From the IMG/VR virus record IMGVR_UViG_3300045988_167837: 59,942 nucleotides of DNA. One strand, given 5' to 3'. A model generated the notes under the pieces. The model did no database searches. It saw only the letters and a program-made list of their open reading frames with translations, and had not been told where the DNA came from. Source of the stretch: a virus (lineage: Duplodnaviria > Heunggongvirae > Uroviricota > Caudoviricetes). The position numbers and the translations under genes were made by a program. Below, piece by piece: positions 19,213 through 33,527 of the stretch. Within the stretch, counting starts at the first letter, position 1. Each line of letters opens with the position of its first letter.

Positions 19213-19956
19213 TTACCATGTTCCCCATAGAGGGTTTTCCAATAATCTCGCCTCCAACGAATTGGCTACTATTGCCGTTTGCAACGTTGGTTGGGGATAG
19301 TTTGCAAAGTCTGAATACTCATTTTCCTGCGTGACACGTTTATCTACGGCATGTTTAACGCCACTTGCTATGAAATGACGCATGATGCCCAACAGCCTCC
19401 GACTGTCTGCACTATCGTTTGCTAAAACATGAGGGAGCTGAAGTTCGATTTCTACCATTTCTCCATACTTACCAACAAACTGTAGTTTGTCCGCACTGTA
19501 CTTTTTATCCCTCCTTTGGATAAGGAAACCAGTAAAAGCATCACCTGGCGATGCCAAACTATCCACCCGCTTATTGGCAAGTCGAATAAGGTTCGTGAAA
19601 GCCATACAGTGATGCGCACCCATTCCCCCAAAGAACCCTTCGCTATTAATGTTAAGATCTTCAGTTTCATGGGATGCAATAAACCCAGGCCCGACGTTGG
19701 GAAGATATCCCCCCTCAACAAAAGGATTAATCAGGATCGGCGCAATACATCCAGGTGGTAGTGATTTCAAACTTTGCATCAATGGTGTCTCGGATATTAG
19801 ACCAAGCAACGCGGCGAATTGTACTCCGTCAATATTGTTGCTGCCCCATAGAATACGTGGAGCCGCACCATTGGAAGTATGCCCATTGATCAGTTTTATC
19901 GACTGCATCACTGCAAATACCTGCAAAAACTGCGAGCGGCTTAATTTAAACGACAT
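19213..19956 (-). CDS. hypothetical protein (247 aa)
   Basis: ORF overlapping sbcC-like stop region. Confidence 0.5.
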   Translation of the reverse strand: MSFKLSRSQFLQVFAVMQSIKLINGHTSNGAAPRILWGSNNIDGVQFAALLGLISETPLMQSLKSLPPGCIAPILINPFVEGGYLPNVGPGFIASHETEDLNINSEGFFGGMGAHHCMAFTNLIRLANKRVDSLASPGDAFTGFLIQRRDKKYSADKLQFVGKYGEMVEIELQLPHVLANDSADSRRLLGIMRHFIASGVKHAVDKRVTQENEYSDFANYPQPTLQTAIVANSLEARLLENPLWGTW

Positions 19957-21862
19957 AGCTGCGCCCCTCTTTAACTTCCAGCGTAATAGTTTCCCGGAAC
20001 CATGACTTCATCTCTTTATGGGAGATAATCAGCACAGTACCTCGCTCGCGAGCTTTGGACTCCAGAATACCCATGAGGCGTTCAAGACCGGCTGTATCGA
20101 GTGCATCGTCAATTTCGTCGCCGATAAACAAATCGATGTTTTTACTCGCCCGGTTACTAACCAGATCCTGCAATGCCAAAGAACACGCAATGCGAACCTT
20201 CCGCTTCTCACCACCAGAGAGGGTTTGAAACGACTTACTTGAACCTTTCTTCTGCACACTAATGTTGAATTTGTCGCGATACTCACCTTTTTTAGTGACA
20301 TCCATCGTCGACCACTCAGCAGTAATATTCCCGTCAGACAACGTATTGAGATACTCGGCAGTGCGTGTATTCAGGAAAGGCGTAACAGACGTCAAAATAT
20401 GAGAACGCACCCCGGCAGGAGAGTAGACCTGACGAGCTTTTTCCAATAGCAACGTTTGTTCCTGAATAGCCTTCAACTCATCTTTTAAGGACTTGAAGGT
20501 AGACTTACTGGATACCAGGTTATCTTCGTGTCTGGCGATAAGAGCAATAAACGGATTAATCTCTTTTGATATACGATCGACCTCAGTACGAGCACGAGTC
20601 ACAAGAGACTCAATAGCAACAACCTCCTTCTCACGATGACGCAAAGATGAGAGTTGTTTCGTAAGCTCTTCAATCCGGGCAATGATAGCCGTTACATCAG
20701 GTGTCGTTTTAACAAGGGCAGACTCAATGCTTAACGCTTTCTCAAGATTCGTTTTGTGTTTAGCCATTGCCTCTGCAAGTGTCTTCGCCTGACCAATTTC
20801 CTGACGTGCTTGTTCAATGAAATTCTCCTTCACCGTTGATAGATCTTCTTCGCAGTAGGCTTTGCCACAAGTAGGGCATGGTGATCCCACTTTAGTACCA
20901 ACCTCTTCTGCTTTGGTCTTAAAATTACGCGCGCGGCTCATTGCATCAGCCTGACTATTTTCTGTAGCTTTGATGCTTGCCCGAATATCAGTTATCGCAC
21001 CACGAACTTTGAGCAACTTGGCGTCATGTTCTTCTTTTGAGGCTAACTTTTTGCGCTCACTTTCGATTGCCTTCTCGGTATCACGGATCTGTTCGGGAAG
21101 AGTGCGGATCTCAAGTTCAACTTCCGTTAACTCAACTTCGGCACTGGCCAGCCCAGCCAGGGCATCGTCATAACGTTTAGAACGCTCTTGCTCCCATGAT
21201 TCAGAGGAGGCTTTCGCTGACTCAATTTCTGACTGTGTTGCCTCAATGGTCGAGATTGTCGACTCCAATTTGGTTTTAACCACATCCATACGTGCGGCAG
21301 CTGCATTAGCTCGCTCACGAGCAATAGCGTAGGCGCGTGTCAGTCTGTCAACGCCAGCGGCTTCTTCTACGATGGTTTTGAGGTTTTTGTCGGACATTCC
21401 AGGTAAATCTGGCATAGCTTCTTGGCTCGCATAGATGGAAGCCATGAAAACCTCTTTAGATGCACCGATCAGACGCTCGACGAACTCTTGCGTCAGCGCA
21501 TCTTTGCCTTTCGTCATATCGCCGTCTTCACCACGAACGATAAGCCGATTTTTGAACTCTTTGTGTTTACGGTGACGAATGATCGCATATCTCTTGCCTT
21601 CATCCTCGATGGTTACTGCAACACGACAGTTCTTTTCATGGTCGGTAGACAACACATCGTCCCCCTTCACACCATGAGCTGTTTCGCCATAAAGACACCA
21701 CATCAGGCTATTCATTAGCGTTGACTTTCCAGAGCCATTACTTGATGCGGAACTATCATCACTATTAACACCCTGAATGAGCACTAAACCACGCTGATCT
21801 AACTCGACCTCCGCGCTGGCGATAGCCATAAAATTCTCAACCTGGAGCTTTAAAAACTTCAT
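19946..21862 (-). CDS. sbcC: SbcC/Rad50-like recombination ATPase
   Basis: N-terminal Walker A SSNGSGKST, long coiled-coil middle with CPTCG zinc hook, C-terminal signature LSGGEKRKV and Walker B FIGDEIDDALD. Confidence 0.8.
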   Translation of the reverse strand: MKFLKLQVENFMAIASAEVELDQRGLVLIQGVNSDDSSASSNGSGKSTLMNSLMWCLYGETAHGVKGDDVLSTDHEKNCRVAVTIEDEGKRYAIIRHRKHKEFKNRLIVRGEDGDMTKGKDALTQEFVERLIGASKEVFMASIYASQEAMPDLPGMSDKNLKTIVEEAAGVDRLTRAYAIARERANAAAARMDVVKTKLESTISTIEATQSEIESAKASSESWEQERSKRYDDALAGLASAEVELTEVELEIRTLPEQIRDTEKAIESERKKLASKEEHDAKLLKVRGAITDIRASIKATENSQADAMSRARNFKTKAEEVGTKVGSPCPTCGKAYCEEDLSTVKENFIEQARQEIGQAKTLAEAMAKHKTNLEKALSIESALVKTTPDVTAIIARIEELTKQLSSLRHREKEVVAIESLVTRARTEVDRISKEINPFIALIARHEDNLVSSKSTFKSLKDELKAIQEQTLLLEKARQVYSPAGVRSHILTSVTPFLNTRTAEYLNTLSDGNITAEWSTMDVTKKGEYRDKFNISVQKKGSSKSFQTLSGGEKRKVRIACSLALQDLVSNRASKNIDLFIGDEIDDALDTAGLERLMGILESKARERGTVLIISHKEMKSWFRETITLEVKEGRSYVV

Positions 21863-22137
21863 ATAACACCTTTGATACCGTGTGTTAGCTTTTGACCTTC
21901 TTTCAATCTGAACTCCGTATGCGCCGGGAAGGATCTGCGCCTCAATACGCCTTTTCTGGTTAACCTTCCAAGATAAAACGCTACGGGATTTCCTTGTGGC
22001 GGGTAGGGCTTGTGAAACATCACCGTCTGGCCTCGTTCAAGTCTTTTCATCGTGATGGCAAAGTCTCGAAAGCTCCCATAACGACTTTGCCTCACACAGC
22101 CTCCGAACTCTCCGCTTCGGTGAGGATTTCCTGACAC
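21859..22137 (-). CDS. small basic protein (92 aa), hypothetical
   Basis: Fills the sbcD-sbcC gap exactly, with overlapping start/stop on both sides. Confidence 0.3.
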   Translation of the reverse strand: MSGNPHRSGEFGGCVRQSRYGSFRDFAITMKRLERGQTVMFHKPYPPQGNPVAFYLGRLTRKGVLRRRSFPAHTEFRLKEGQKLTHGIKGVI

Positions 22138-23177
22138 AAAATATCCAACTTGCTCAGATCAAATCCGCCGTCAGTATCGTGGACAATCTTGCAATAAGCA
22201 GATACCGACTCTCCCAGGCTATCGATTTTGCTGGTTTCCGTTGTGCTTGCTGTCCCTTCCATCATTGATGACTTACGGATGAAGTTGCACACGACACCTT
22301 TTGCACCCATTGTTTTGAGGATGTTCTGGTACTTAATGCCTTCTTCATCGTTCTCAATTACGGCGCGGAAACGCACGTAGTTGCCGCGAATTTGGTCATC
22401 GGCAACATAATCTTCCAGGTTAATGAATTTAGGCGCACTGGTTTCGTAGTGACTGAAACTGCCGTCCGGGTTTACGATCATGTAACCAGCCAGAGATCCA
22501 ACATCTCCCCAATTTTGATGGGTCAGCGCACCGACACTGATAACTCCAGGAATGACCTCTTTGTGGTTGTGGTAATGCCCACTAAGCACGAGACGAAAGC
22601 CGATATCCTTTAACTCCTGCGCATCGATACCGACGTCAGGCATTGTTGGAATGGCTTTGTTAATGGATGTATGGATAACAACGTCATGGTTATCACCTTC
22701 TACGCTCTTACGTAATGCTTTCAGATCGCTGATAAGCTCCGCATGATTGTTACGCCAGCTAATCAGGTGGACAGTCACATCACCAATTTTTATTGAGTGT
22801 GGGCGCTTGCCACATACGATTACCACGCCGATAGAACTCAGCGATGCTGCTGCGTTGGCGCTATATACTGAATCGTTGGTTTCAAGATCGTGATTACCGG
22901 CCAGCATTACTACTGTCAGATCAAGCTCGTTGATAATCCACTTGTACGTTTCAGTTACGTAATGCAAAACAGAAGGGGACACAGTTCCTCGGACGTGAAA
23001 TGTATCACCGGCAACCAACATGTACTTACAACCGGCCTTCTTCATGGCGATGGCTGCTTCTTTCGTTGCTTCCAACTGTATTTCAAGTCTGGAGTTAAGC
23101 CCCTCTGCGTTCGTCGTGGAGAACGCATCCCATTTGTGGTAGTGGCAGTCAGAAATGACGCCGTATGGCAAAGTCAT
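22092..23177 (-). CDS. sbcD: SbcD/Mre11-like nuclease
   Basis: Calcineurin-like phosphoesterase motifs ISDCHYH, VAGDTFH, GNHD, SGHYHNH. Confidence 0.8.
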   Translation of the reverse strand: MTLPYGVISDCHYHKWDAFSTTNAEGLNSRLEIQLEATKEAAIAMKKAGCKYMLVAGDTFHVRGTVSPSVLHYVTETYKWIINELDLTVVMLAGNHDLETNDSVYSANAAASLSSIGVVIVCGKRPHSIKIGDVTVHLISWRNNHAELISDLKALRKSVEGDNHDVVIHTSINKAIPTMPDVGIDAQELKDIGFRLVLSGHYHNHKEVIPGVISVGALTHQNWGDVGSLAGYMIVNPDGSFSHYETSAPKFINLEDYVADDQIRGNYVRFRAVIENDEEGIKYQNILKTMGAKGVVCNFIRKSSMMEGTASTTETSKIDSLGESVSAYCKIVHDTDGGFDLSKLDILCQEILTEAESSEAV

Positions 23178-23431
23178 GTGTTTTTCCTTTGTGGTTATTT
23201 TGATACAAATTTTAAGAGCAATGAGAAGGTAAACAACTATGCATAACGGTATGTTAGGAATGAAACGAGCGTCTTAATATACAAAACTTATAAGTAAGTA
23301 TATACCTATTTATTGTGGCGCAACTTTGCTTGTCTGTATGACTAAAAATAAGACAGGATCACTGTAGAACGCTATGAGAGCTATTTTGAGGAGGCGTAGA
23401 TTCTATCTACGCCAATATACGATCTGGAGGG

Positions 23432-24076
23432 TTACAGCGCGTCAGTGGGCTTTTTACGCGCTGCGTTTATGCTTATGACGCCAGCTTTTGGACGTGGGTC
23501 AACAAGGTTAAGCTCTTCTTCGCTGTGGTATTCGAGGTCGAACTCACGTTTTACATGTCTGATGTAGATTGCGGTGAGCAGGCTATCTTTGGTCAGAAAG
23601 TGTCCGTAGGATTTGCGGATCACTTCTTCTACCTTCTCGATTTTCTCACCACCCATACAGAGATGATTAAACCGGCTGTGTTTCCGCAACATTTCGTCTA
23701 CTGGGCCTGAGTAAACCTTGTCTACTTTCCCAAAACGGATGATTTTCCCTGTGTCTGCGGATACGAGGCAAATCAGCTTGTCTGGTGATAAACGATCTCG
23801 CCACGTCACACCTGAACGGAGTGTGTTGAAGTAGGGAGCATCCAATCCGATGATCGGTTTACGAAATGCGAGTAATGGAACGTACCTGATGCAACTGTTT
23901 AAATGAAAATTCACACCAGCCTTATCAAGTTTAATTCTGGTTTCGTAGATCGGGCACTTCGCCGCTATACCGCAGATGTCACAAAGCAACTTCTGCTTAT
24001 TCAGGTTGGAATTTGATTCGATAGTGTAGGAGCCGTCTTCAAGACGACGAACCCAGCGCGTGCGTTTTAGATCCAT
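23432..24076 (-). CDS. hypothetical protein (214 aa), divergent from repA
   Basis: Long ORF, no motif. Confidence 0.5.
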   Translation of the reverse strand: MDLKRTRWVRRLEDGSYTIESNSNLNKQKLLCDICGIAAKCPIYETRIKLDKAGVNFHLNSCIRYVPLLAFRKPIIGLDAPYFNTLRSGVTWRDRLSPDKLICLVSADTGKIIRFGKVDKVYSGPVDEMLRKHSRFNHLCMGGEKIEKVEEVIRKSYGHFLTKDSLLTAIYIRHVKREFDLEYHSEEELNLVDPRPKAGVISINAARKKPTDAL

Positions 24077-24159
24077 ATGTCATTTTTCTGTGATTGTTAG
24101 CCGAGGCAACGATAACCCACCAGGTGCGCCGAAGGTAGTAAATGCCTGTTTTAATTATT

Positions 24160-24240
24160 CACATATCCACAGGATAGATCCTAATAAAGAGATCCATAGA
24201 TAGATCCTTATATAGATCAAATAAGATCCCCGATCGCTGT
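24160..24240 (+). other. origin-type region: DnaA-box-like site followed by cluster of 5-6 GATC sites
   Basis: ATATCCACA (DnaA box-like) then repeated (T)AGATCC units, an arrangement recalled for P1 oriR. Confidence 0.5.
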
Positions 24241-24275
24241 AAGCCGCGCCACGACTGGTCTGAAGTCATGTTCAT

Positions 24276-24377
24276 GTATGCTGTCAGCGGTAATTGATAG
24301 TCTGTCAGCGGTTCACCGTATGCTGCCAACTGTTTTTGGTATTCTGTCAGCGGCAAATCAAGTATGCTGTCAGCGGT
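24276..24377 (+). repeat. iterons upstream of repA (4-5 copies of TATGCTGTCAGCGGT-like unit)
   Basis: Directly repeated 15-bp units at about 24277, 24299, 24318 (degenerate), 24342, 24362. Confidence 0.7.
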
Positions 24378-24397
24378 TGAATGACAAAGGTGTCCAC

Positions 24398-25492
24398 ATG
24401 TCCACAAAAAATAAAAAAGGTAAAAATAACAAAGAAGTAGAAGATAACATCGACAACTTTGAAGAAGGTTCCCTTGAATTGTACACAGGGGAACTTGTCC
24501 CTAATAGCAACAATACAGTCCAACCAATTGCGTTGATGCGACTGGGGTTGTTCGTCCCCACGCTTAAGGGAACAAAATACAGTAAACGTAACAAGCCAAA
24601 TGAGATCGATGCTTCAAAGGAGCTTGTCCAGCTCGAAGTAGCCCGTTCTGAAGGCTATTCCGATATCAAGATAACCGGTCCTCGTCTCGACATGGATCAT
24701 GATTTCAAAACGTGGGTGGGCGTTGTGCGTTCGCTGGCAGAATACGGCGAACCTAACGGTCGTGTCGAGTTAAGCATCACGAAATTTGCGAAGTTTTGTG
24801 GCTATCCATCGTCACAGATCCGCAAAACACTCCGCGACCGGCTTACAAACAGTCTTTTGAAGATCATGCGTACAACTCTGTCTTTCCAGAGAACGTATGA
24901 AGAAAAGAACGTCGACGGCTCTAACAAGATCTCGCTTCTGATGGTGCACCTCATCAATAGCGTGGACTACAACGAGCAGAAAGATACGGTGGTGTTCTAT
25001 GCAGAACCGAAGCTGGCCGAACTATATCGCTTTGACCATAAGGTTCTTTTGCAGTTAAAGGTTATCAATAAGCTACCACGCAAAGAAACAGCACAGGCTC
25101 TGTACACCTTCATCGAAAGTCTTCCAACCAAGCCTGCGCCGGTATCGCTTGCTCGATTGCGTGCGCGACTCAATTTGAGTAGCAGGAATGTCAGCTCGCA
25201 GAATCAGACTATACGTAACGGCTTAAAAGCTCTCCAAGATTTGGGCTATCTCGAATACAGCGAGATTAAGCGTGGGCGGTCGATCTATATCCAGATTCAC
25301 AGCCGCAATCCAAAACTCAAAGTCGCACCGCCAAAACCTGAAGACATCGAACCCAAAAAACCAGATGAGAAAGCCGGGGAAATTGATGCCAAACAGAACA
25401 TTATCAATAAGATAACCGAACTTTCGCAGAATTTGACGCCTGAAAATATCAAGATGATTGAGATCCTTTCCAATAGTCTCAAACTGCTTTGA
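24398..25492 (+). CDS. repA: P1-type plasmid replication initiator RepA
   Basis: Matches remembered P1 RepA blocks (NSNNTVQPIALMRLG, KITGPRLDMD-DFKTW, ALYTFIESLP, HSRNPKLK); start set at MSTKNKK inside ORF 24278..25492 because the upstream part is occupied by iterons. Confidence 0.85.
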   Translation: MSTKNKKGKNNKEVEDNIDNFEEGSLELYTGELVPNSNNTVQPIALMRLGLFVPTLKGTKYSKRNKPNEIDASKELVQLEVARSEGYSDIKITGPRLDMDHDFKTWVGVVRSLAEYGEPNGRVELSITKFAKFCGYPSSQIRKTLRDRLTNSLLKIMRTTLSFQRTYEEKNVDGSNKISLLMVHLINSVDYNEQKDTVVFYAEPKLAELYRFDHKVLLQLKVINKLPRKETAQALYTFIESLPTKPAPVSLARLRARLNLSSRNVSSQNQTIRNGLKALQDLGYLEYSEIKRGRSIYIQIHSRNPKLKVAPPKPEDIEPKKPDEKAGEIDAKQNIINKITELSQNLTPENIKMIEILSNSLKLL

Positions 25493-25493
25493 T

Positions 25494-26023
25494 ATGCTGT
25501 CAGCGGTGAAATGTATGCTATCAGCGGCTATTTTTCTGAAAAGTATGCTGTGAACGGTTAAAGATATGCTACCAGCGGTATAGTGAGATGAACGTATGCT
25601 GTGAGCGGTAAATCATCTATCACCACTCAATGCTCTGCCATACCTCCCCAGTGGTTACTAACCTCGAAGAGTGCATTCCATATAGGTTTGCGCTCACTAA
25701 CATTCTATTGCTATTGCGCTGATTGCTTGTAGTGAAAGGCATTTATTGCCTGCTACTCCCTGATAGAATGTATGCTGTCAGCGGTGTTTTATTGAGGAAT
25801 TTTTGTTTGGATATGCTATCAGCGGTAATTAATGGTATATGTCAGACCTTCGTATGCTGCCAGCGGTAATTTTGTTCTGGTTATACCCATACCGGGACAC
25901 ATTATTCATGCAATGTCTTAAGTATGCTGTCAGCGGTAAAAAATCGAGTAAAGTATGCTGTGAGCGGTGAGATAGACTCTCGATATGCTATCAGCGGTAG
26001 TTGATTGTGTATGCTGTCAGCGG
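25494..26023 (+). repeat. downstream iteron array (about 12 copies of TATGCT(G/A)(T/C)(C/G)AGCGGT, in two blocks)
   Basis: Copies at about 25494, 25514, 25545, 25565, 25595, then 25771, 25812, 25853, 25923, 25953, 25984, 26009; irregular spacing, all direct. Confidence 0.75.
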
Positions 26024-26071
26024 TGACGACTATGAAATATGACTGCGGAACGTGCCGCAGTCAGTTTGCAT

Positions 26072-26284
26072 TTAGTGTATTTTCTTTAACAGACCCCAAA
26101 GTGTTCCGGCTTTTGTAGTCAGTTTTCCTGTTTCTGGATCGTACATACGCCATTCACGCCGCTGGTGGACGATATACCCATCTTCACGTTCCAGACGCTC
26201 AAGAATGCCAGGCTGCTTGAAACCCTTAGCACGCCAGTAGCCGCTTGTTTTCTCGATTTCCAGACCTGCCAGTGTTAATGCCAT
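26072..26284 (-). CDS. hypothetical protein (70 aa)
   Basis: Start overlaps stop of upstream ORF 26284..26619. Confidence 0.4.
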   Translation of the reverse strand: MALTLAGLEIEKTSGYWRAKGFKQPGILERLEREDGYIVHQRREWRMYDPETGKLTTKAGTLWGLLKKIH

Positions 26285-26619
26285 TACCCAACCTCCTTGC
26301 AGTCATCGAAAAGGTAGCTGTCGTTCTTCGCGTGAACGCCGTATACATCACCCGATTTGTTGTAAACGAACCTATCTTTACCTACGCCAGATAGTTCGCC
26401 GTTACGTTTAGTGAGAAACGGGGAAGACAGGACGCGATCATCGCGTACCACATAAAACTGTTCGCCACGGTCCACAACCATCGCGCCGTAATTAGCTTTA
26501 ACGGCGTTGCGGATCAGGCCGTTTTTCGCTTCGACCACAAACATTTCGCACTCATAGACATGTGTGTCCGCAAAGACGGGGAGAGTGAGCAGCGCCAGTA
26601 CCAGGGCTGTTTTCTTCAT
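26284..26619 (-). CDS. secreted protein of unknown function (111 aa)
   Basis: N-terminal Sec-type signal peptide MKKTALVLALLTLPVFA. Confidence 0.5.
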   Translation of the reverse strand: MKKTALVLALLTLPVFADTHVYECEMFVVEAKNGLIRNAVKANYGAMVVDRGEQFYVVRDDRVLSSPFLTKRNGELSGVGKDRFVYNKSGDVYGVHAKNDSYLFDDCKEVG

Positions 26620-26834
26620 GCCACGACTCCTTTGAAAACGCCTAATGCTGAGTCGAAGACCAGTACTACGGCCAGCGCATTGATCATCACATCATTAACA
26701 GGCGCCAGCGCTTTACGGATTGCCCCTGTGAAGATGCAGTCGAGCACAAAGGCTATCGAGATAATAAGTAACGTGATATCTAATAAAATTTTCACGATAG
26801 GTAAATGCTAACTTATATATTTTTGCTGTAAATA

Positions 26835-27110
26835 TCACTCAAAAGTGCTGATACCCAAAATGCGCTCAAGATGGGCCGCGTCTTCATCGCTTACCAGCAT
26901 TGTGTCGTCTACGTACCAGCAGCTACCGTTGTGCCAACAAACACCGTCATCATCGATATAAATAGAATCCGCATCCATTCCTGTGTATTCAACTAGATTG
27001 CGTTCAATTGCCGCTTGAATTTCTTCATCGTTCAGCCCGTCGCACTTGATCATGAACAACGGGTAAACGTCATAGTCGGTACTAGATGAAATGCGAACCA
27101 AAGTCTTCAT
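26835..27110 (-). CDS. hypothetical protein (start set at internal Met with AAGGAG RBS)
   Basis: ORF 26835..27173; internal MKTLVRI start preceded by AAGGAGAAAACAC-ATG context. Confidence 0.4.
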   Translation of the reverse strand: MKTLVRISSSTDYDVYPLFMIKCDGLNDEEIQAAIERNLVEYTGMDADSIYIDDDGVCWHNGSCWYVDDTMLVSDEDAAHLERILGISTFE

Positions 27111-27289
27111 GTGTTTTCTCCTTGTTGGTAAGTACTTATCTATCTTAATGGGCGCTATAAGGCGCACAATCATTGTGTTCAGGCTGGTGGAAAGAACTTC
27201 TCCAGCGTGTGGTTGATAGCCTTATCAATGTGCATCAGGTGCCAGACGATCATATCTTTGCTTCCAATGCCGCGAGTGTAGATGAAGTG

Positions 27290-31008
<3,719 letters not shown>

Positions 31009-31022
31009 AATTGTAAGTTCCC

Positions 31023-32186
31023 TTAATCAAAATTCTTCTGTTTCATTGCCTCAGCCGCTTTTTGCAGCGGTCCTTTTAAGGCTTTTTCTAACTTTGTCAT
31101 CTGCTCTAAGTGCCACGCAACCGCTTGGGGCCAAGTCTCTTTGTTAAACCCGTCAGCTTTGGTCGAAAACTGGATACGGCAAGATTTCTTCTCATCCAGC
31201 CTCATCCACTCAAGTTCTGCACCAAAAGTATGCTCAATGTCTTGTTTGGACTGACTCAACAAATCAAAAAGGTATTTATTCTCTTCGGTAACCCCACGGC
31301 TGATCCAAAGCTCTACTCGAAGCTCTTTTTGCAGAAATATCAGGTTATACGGACATCCACTTAGCCCTGAGCCTGCTGATAACCAATGATCTTTGCTTGG
31401 GCTAATGTTGTTATAGAGTTGGCAAGAGCTTTTCTGAAACGCCTCTAAGGCACGCTCCCAGTACTCGCGACGCACGGTATGGCGGTTTTTTAGTACCACT
31501 TCGGTGGTTTTTTCTTCCGCTTCCTTGGCATTAATGCCGATCATCAACTCTTTCGCTTCTGGCGTTGGAATGATCTGGTCAATATTAATCAGTAGCTGTT
31601 CACCCAGTGAATAAGGCGTGATTTTGAAGCAGGCAATGCTAATGCCTTGACCCAATAACCACAGCGCGGTGCTGGTCACTTCTTTGCGAAAGTTTGCCGC
31701 AACTAACATAATGCGCTGGCTGTTACCCAGGTTGAGCTTTAACTCATCGAGATCGGGCGCATCCAAAAACTCACATATTCTAGCAGAGGCACTTGCAGGG
31801 GTATTAAACAAGTCAACCTCTCCTGTTACAGGCTCATAGCGGTCTAAGTACTGCTGGTAAATTTCAACGATTTGCGCTTTGGTTAAACTTGCGCAGTAGG
31901 AGGCATATTTAAGCGCCTGCCACACCACATCGCGGCCACTGTCGTCCAGCTTGTTTTCAATAATGACCAAGTTGCCATCTTTATCCAGTGCCAGTAAATC
32001 TAAGCGTTCACGGGTGTCATCAAAGCCATCGAACTCTTTTTGAATAATCAGCAGCTCTTCACCCAGTGCGGAAGGCTCGTGTGCCAACCATTCCTGAAGA
32101 TTTTTGCGCTCAGTAAAGCCCAACTCACTGAATCTCTTCGTCTTAACCGGACTAATCCTGTTGGTCTGATGATTTACCGTGAACAT
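31023..32186 (-). CDS. PD-(D/E)xK nuclease-fold protein embedded between hsdS and hsdR (387 aa)
   Basis: N-terminal LDLLALDKDGNLVIIENK matches the D...(D/E)xK restriction-endonuclease-like motif; no Walker A (so unlike PrrC). Confidence 0.55.
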   Translation of the reverse strand: MFTVNHQTNRISPVKTKRFSELGFTERKNLQEWLAHEPSALGEELLIIQKEFDGFDDTRERLDLLALDKDGNLVIIENKLDDSGRDVVWQALKYASYCASLTKAQIVEIYQQYLDRYEPVTGEVDLFNTPASASARICEFLDAPDLDELKLNLGNSQRIMLVAANFRKEVTSTALWLLGQGISIACFKITPYSLGEQLLINIDQIIPTPEAKELMIGINAKEAEEKTTEVVLKNRHTVRREYWERALEAFQKSSCQLYNNISPSKDHWLSAGSGLSGCPYNLIFLQKELRVELWISRGVTEENKYLFDLLSQSKQDIEHTFGAELEWMRLDEKKSCRIQFSTKADGFNKETWPQAVAWHLEQMTKLEKALKGPLQKAAEAMKQKNFD

Positions 32187-32195
32187 ATTCGCTTC

Positions 32196-33527
32196 CTATT
32201 GCTCAACCATTTCTGGGGTGATCTTGATTTTTCCTGTCACGGCGCTGTTGATCAGGGTGGTTTTATATTCTTTAAGCTTTTCGATTTGTATTTTTTGATA
32301 CTCTATAGCTCGCTCAACATCACCATTTAATCTGTTAATGTACGTAATAATTCCATCTCGTTCATTTTTAGAAGGGGGGAAAGGCACAAAAATGCTATTA
32401 AGATTCCCCACTGTAAGCTGATTAATTGTTGATGTAAGAAATGTCCCTGATAACATTTTGAAAACATCACTATTTAGAATGCAAAATAAATACTCATTGT
32501 GTTTAGATCTGAATACCGTAGTAAAGGCCCCGAAGCTGTTTCCCTCATCAGCGTCAGATACAAATGCACACTTGCCAATTAGGTCTCGACTTCCATTCCT
32601 GGAGCATATCAAAATATCACCTTTTTTAAGCTTTAAGTGCTCAGGAATAAAGCAATTGACATAAACATTTTCCTTTTCACCATACTTAAACTTCCCTTCG
32701 TATAAGTTTGATGATCGCGCAACTAGAGTTCCGCCTTTTTCATCACTTAAATCATTTGGCGAATAAGTTAACCCAATGATCGATTTACCAAGATATTTTA
32801 ACCTCTTAACGTCCCAATGCGCTGGAATCTTACCAATCCAATCCACACCGGAGTCTTTCATTGGCACATTGGGATCAAGCCCTTGGGTCACCGCCTGTTG
32901 GATGATGATCTGCTTACGCTCTTTCAGCAGGCTAATTTGCTGCTCTTTGATCGAAATCGCTTCGTCGATTAGAGCGGTTTTCTTGTCGAGAAAATTTGCA
33001 ATTAGGGACTGCTCTTCTTCTGAAGGCAGGACAAAAGGAATCACCTTCATCCGTGCTTTTGAAAGGTCCCACTGACCAATCCTTACACCATCTGATGCAC
33101 TACCAAAAAACGATACATATAACTTACTGCGTATCGCCCAATTGAAAAACTCAGGATTTATTGCCTTTGTAAAATCAAAAATAAAATACGCAGGACTTAC
33201 AATTCCAGTGAACTTTGATACACCGTAAGAACCCTGCCACGCTTTCATTTTATTCATTCCAAATTGACCTTTCTCAAGCTTTTTATAGCCGCTAAGATCA
33301 TCTGGTATAAAATTGTGATTTGACTCTTGATTATCCACGTCTCTCTCGATAACACCTTGTTCGCGTGTTATCGAAAGTAGTGGCAATTCAGGGCAGTTTT
33401 TGACCGACACCGGAGATAGGCACGAGCCTAACTTAACCAAGTCCCAATGCTCTGGAATCTCGCCAATCCACTCATAACCAGAGTCACTATATTGATCATA
33501 CTTTAGCGTTGAGGTAATGCTTTCCAT
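32196..33527 (-). CDS. hsdS: type I restriction-modification specificity subunit
   Basis: 443 aa with two target-recognition-domain-like halves separated by conserved helical spacer; overlaps hsdM stop. Confidence 0.8.
   Translation of the reverse strand: MESITSTLKYDQYSDSGYEWIGEIPEHWDLVKLGSCLSPVSVKNCPELPLLSITREQGVIERDVDNQESNHNFIPDDLSGYKKLEKGQFGMNKMKAWQGSYGVSKFTGIVSPAYFIFDFTKAINPEFFNWAIRSKLYVSFFGSASDGVRIGQWDLSKARMKVIPFVLPSEEEQSLIANFLDKKTALIDEAISIKEQQISLLKERKQIIIQQAVTQGLDPNVPMKDSGVDWIGKIPAHWDVKRLKYLGKSIIGLTYSPNDLSDEKGGTLVARSSNLYEGKFKYGEKENVYVNCFIPEHLKLKKGDILICSRNGSRDLIGKCAFVSDADEGNSFGAFTTVFRSKHNEYLFCILNSDVFKMLSGTFLTSTINQLTVGNLNSIFVPFPPSKNERDGIITYINRLNGDVERAIEYQKIQIEKLKEYKTTLINSAVTGKIKITPEMVEQ

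Noticed and set aside
24276-26023. Direct repeats flanking repA as a possible CRISPR array
   Set aside because: Units are about 15 bp with irregular spacing, degenerate copies and no cas genes; arrangement on both sides of a RepA gene is characteristic of iterons.
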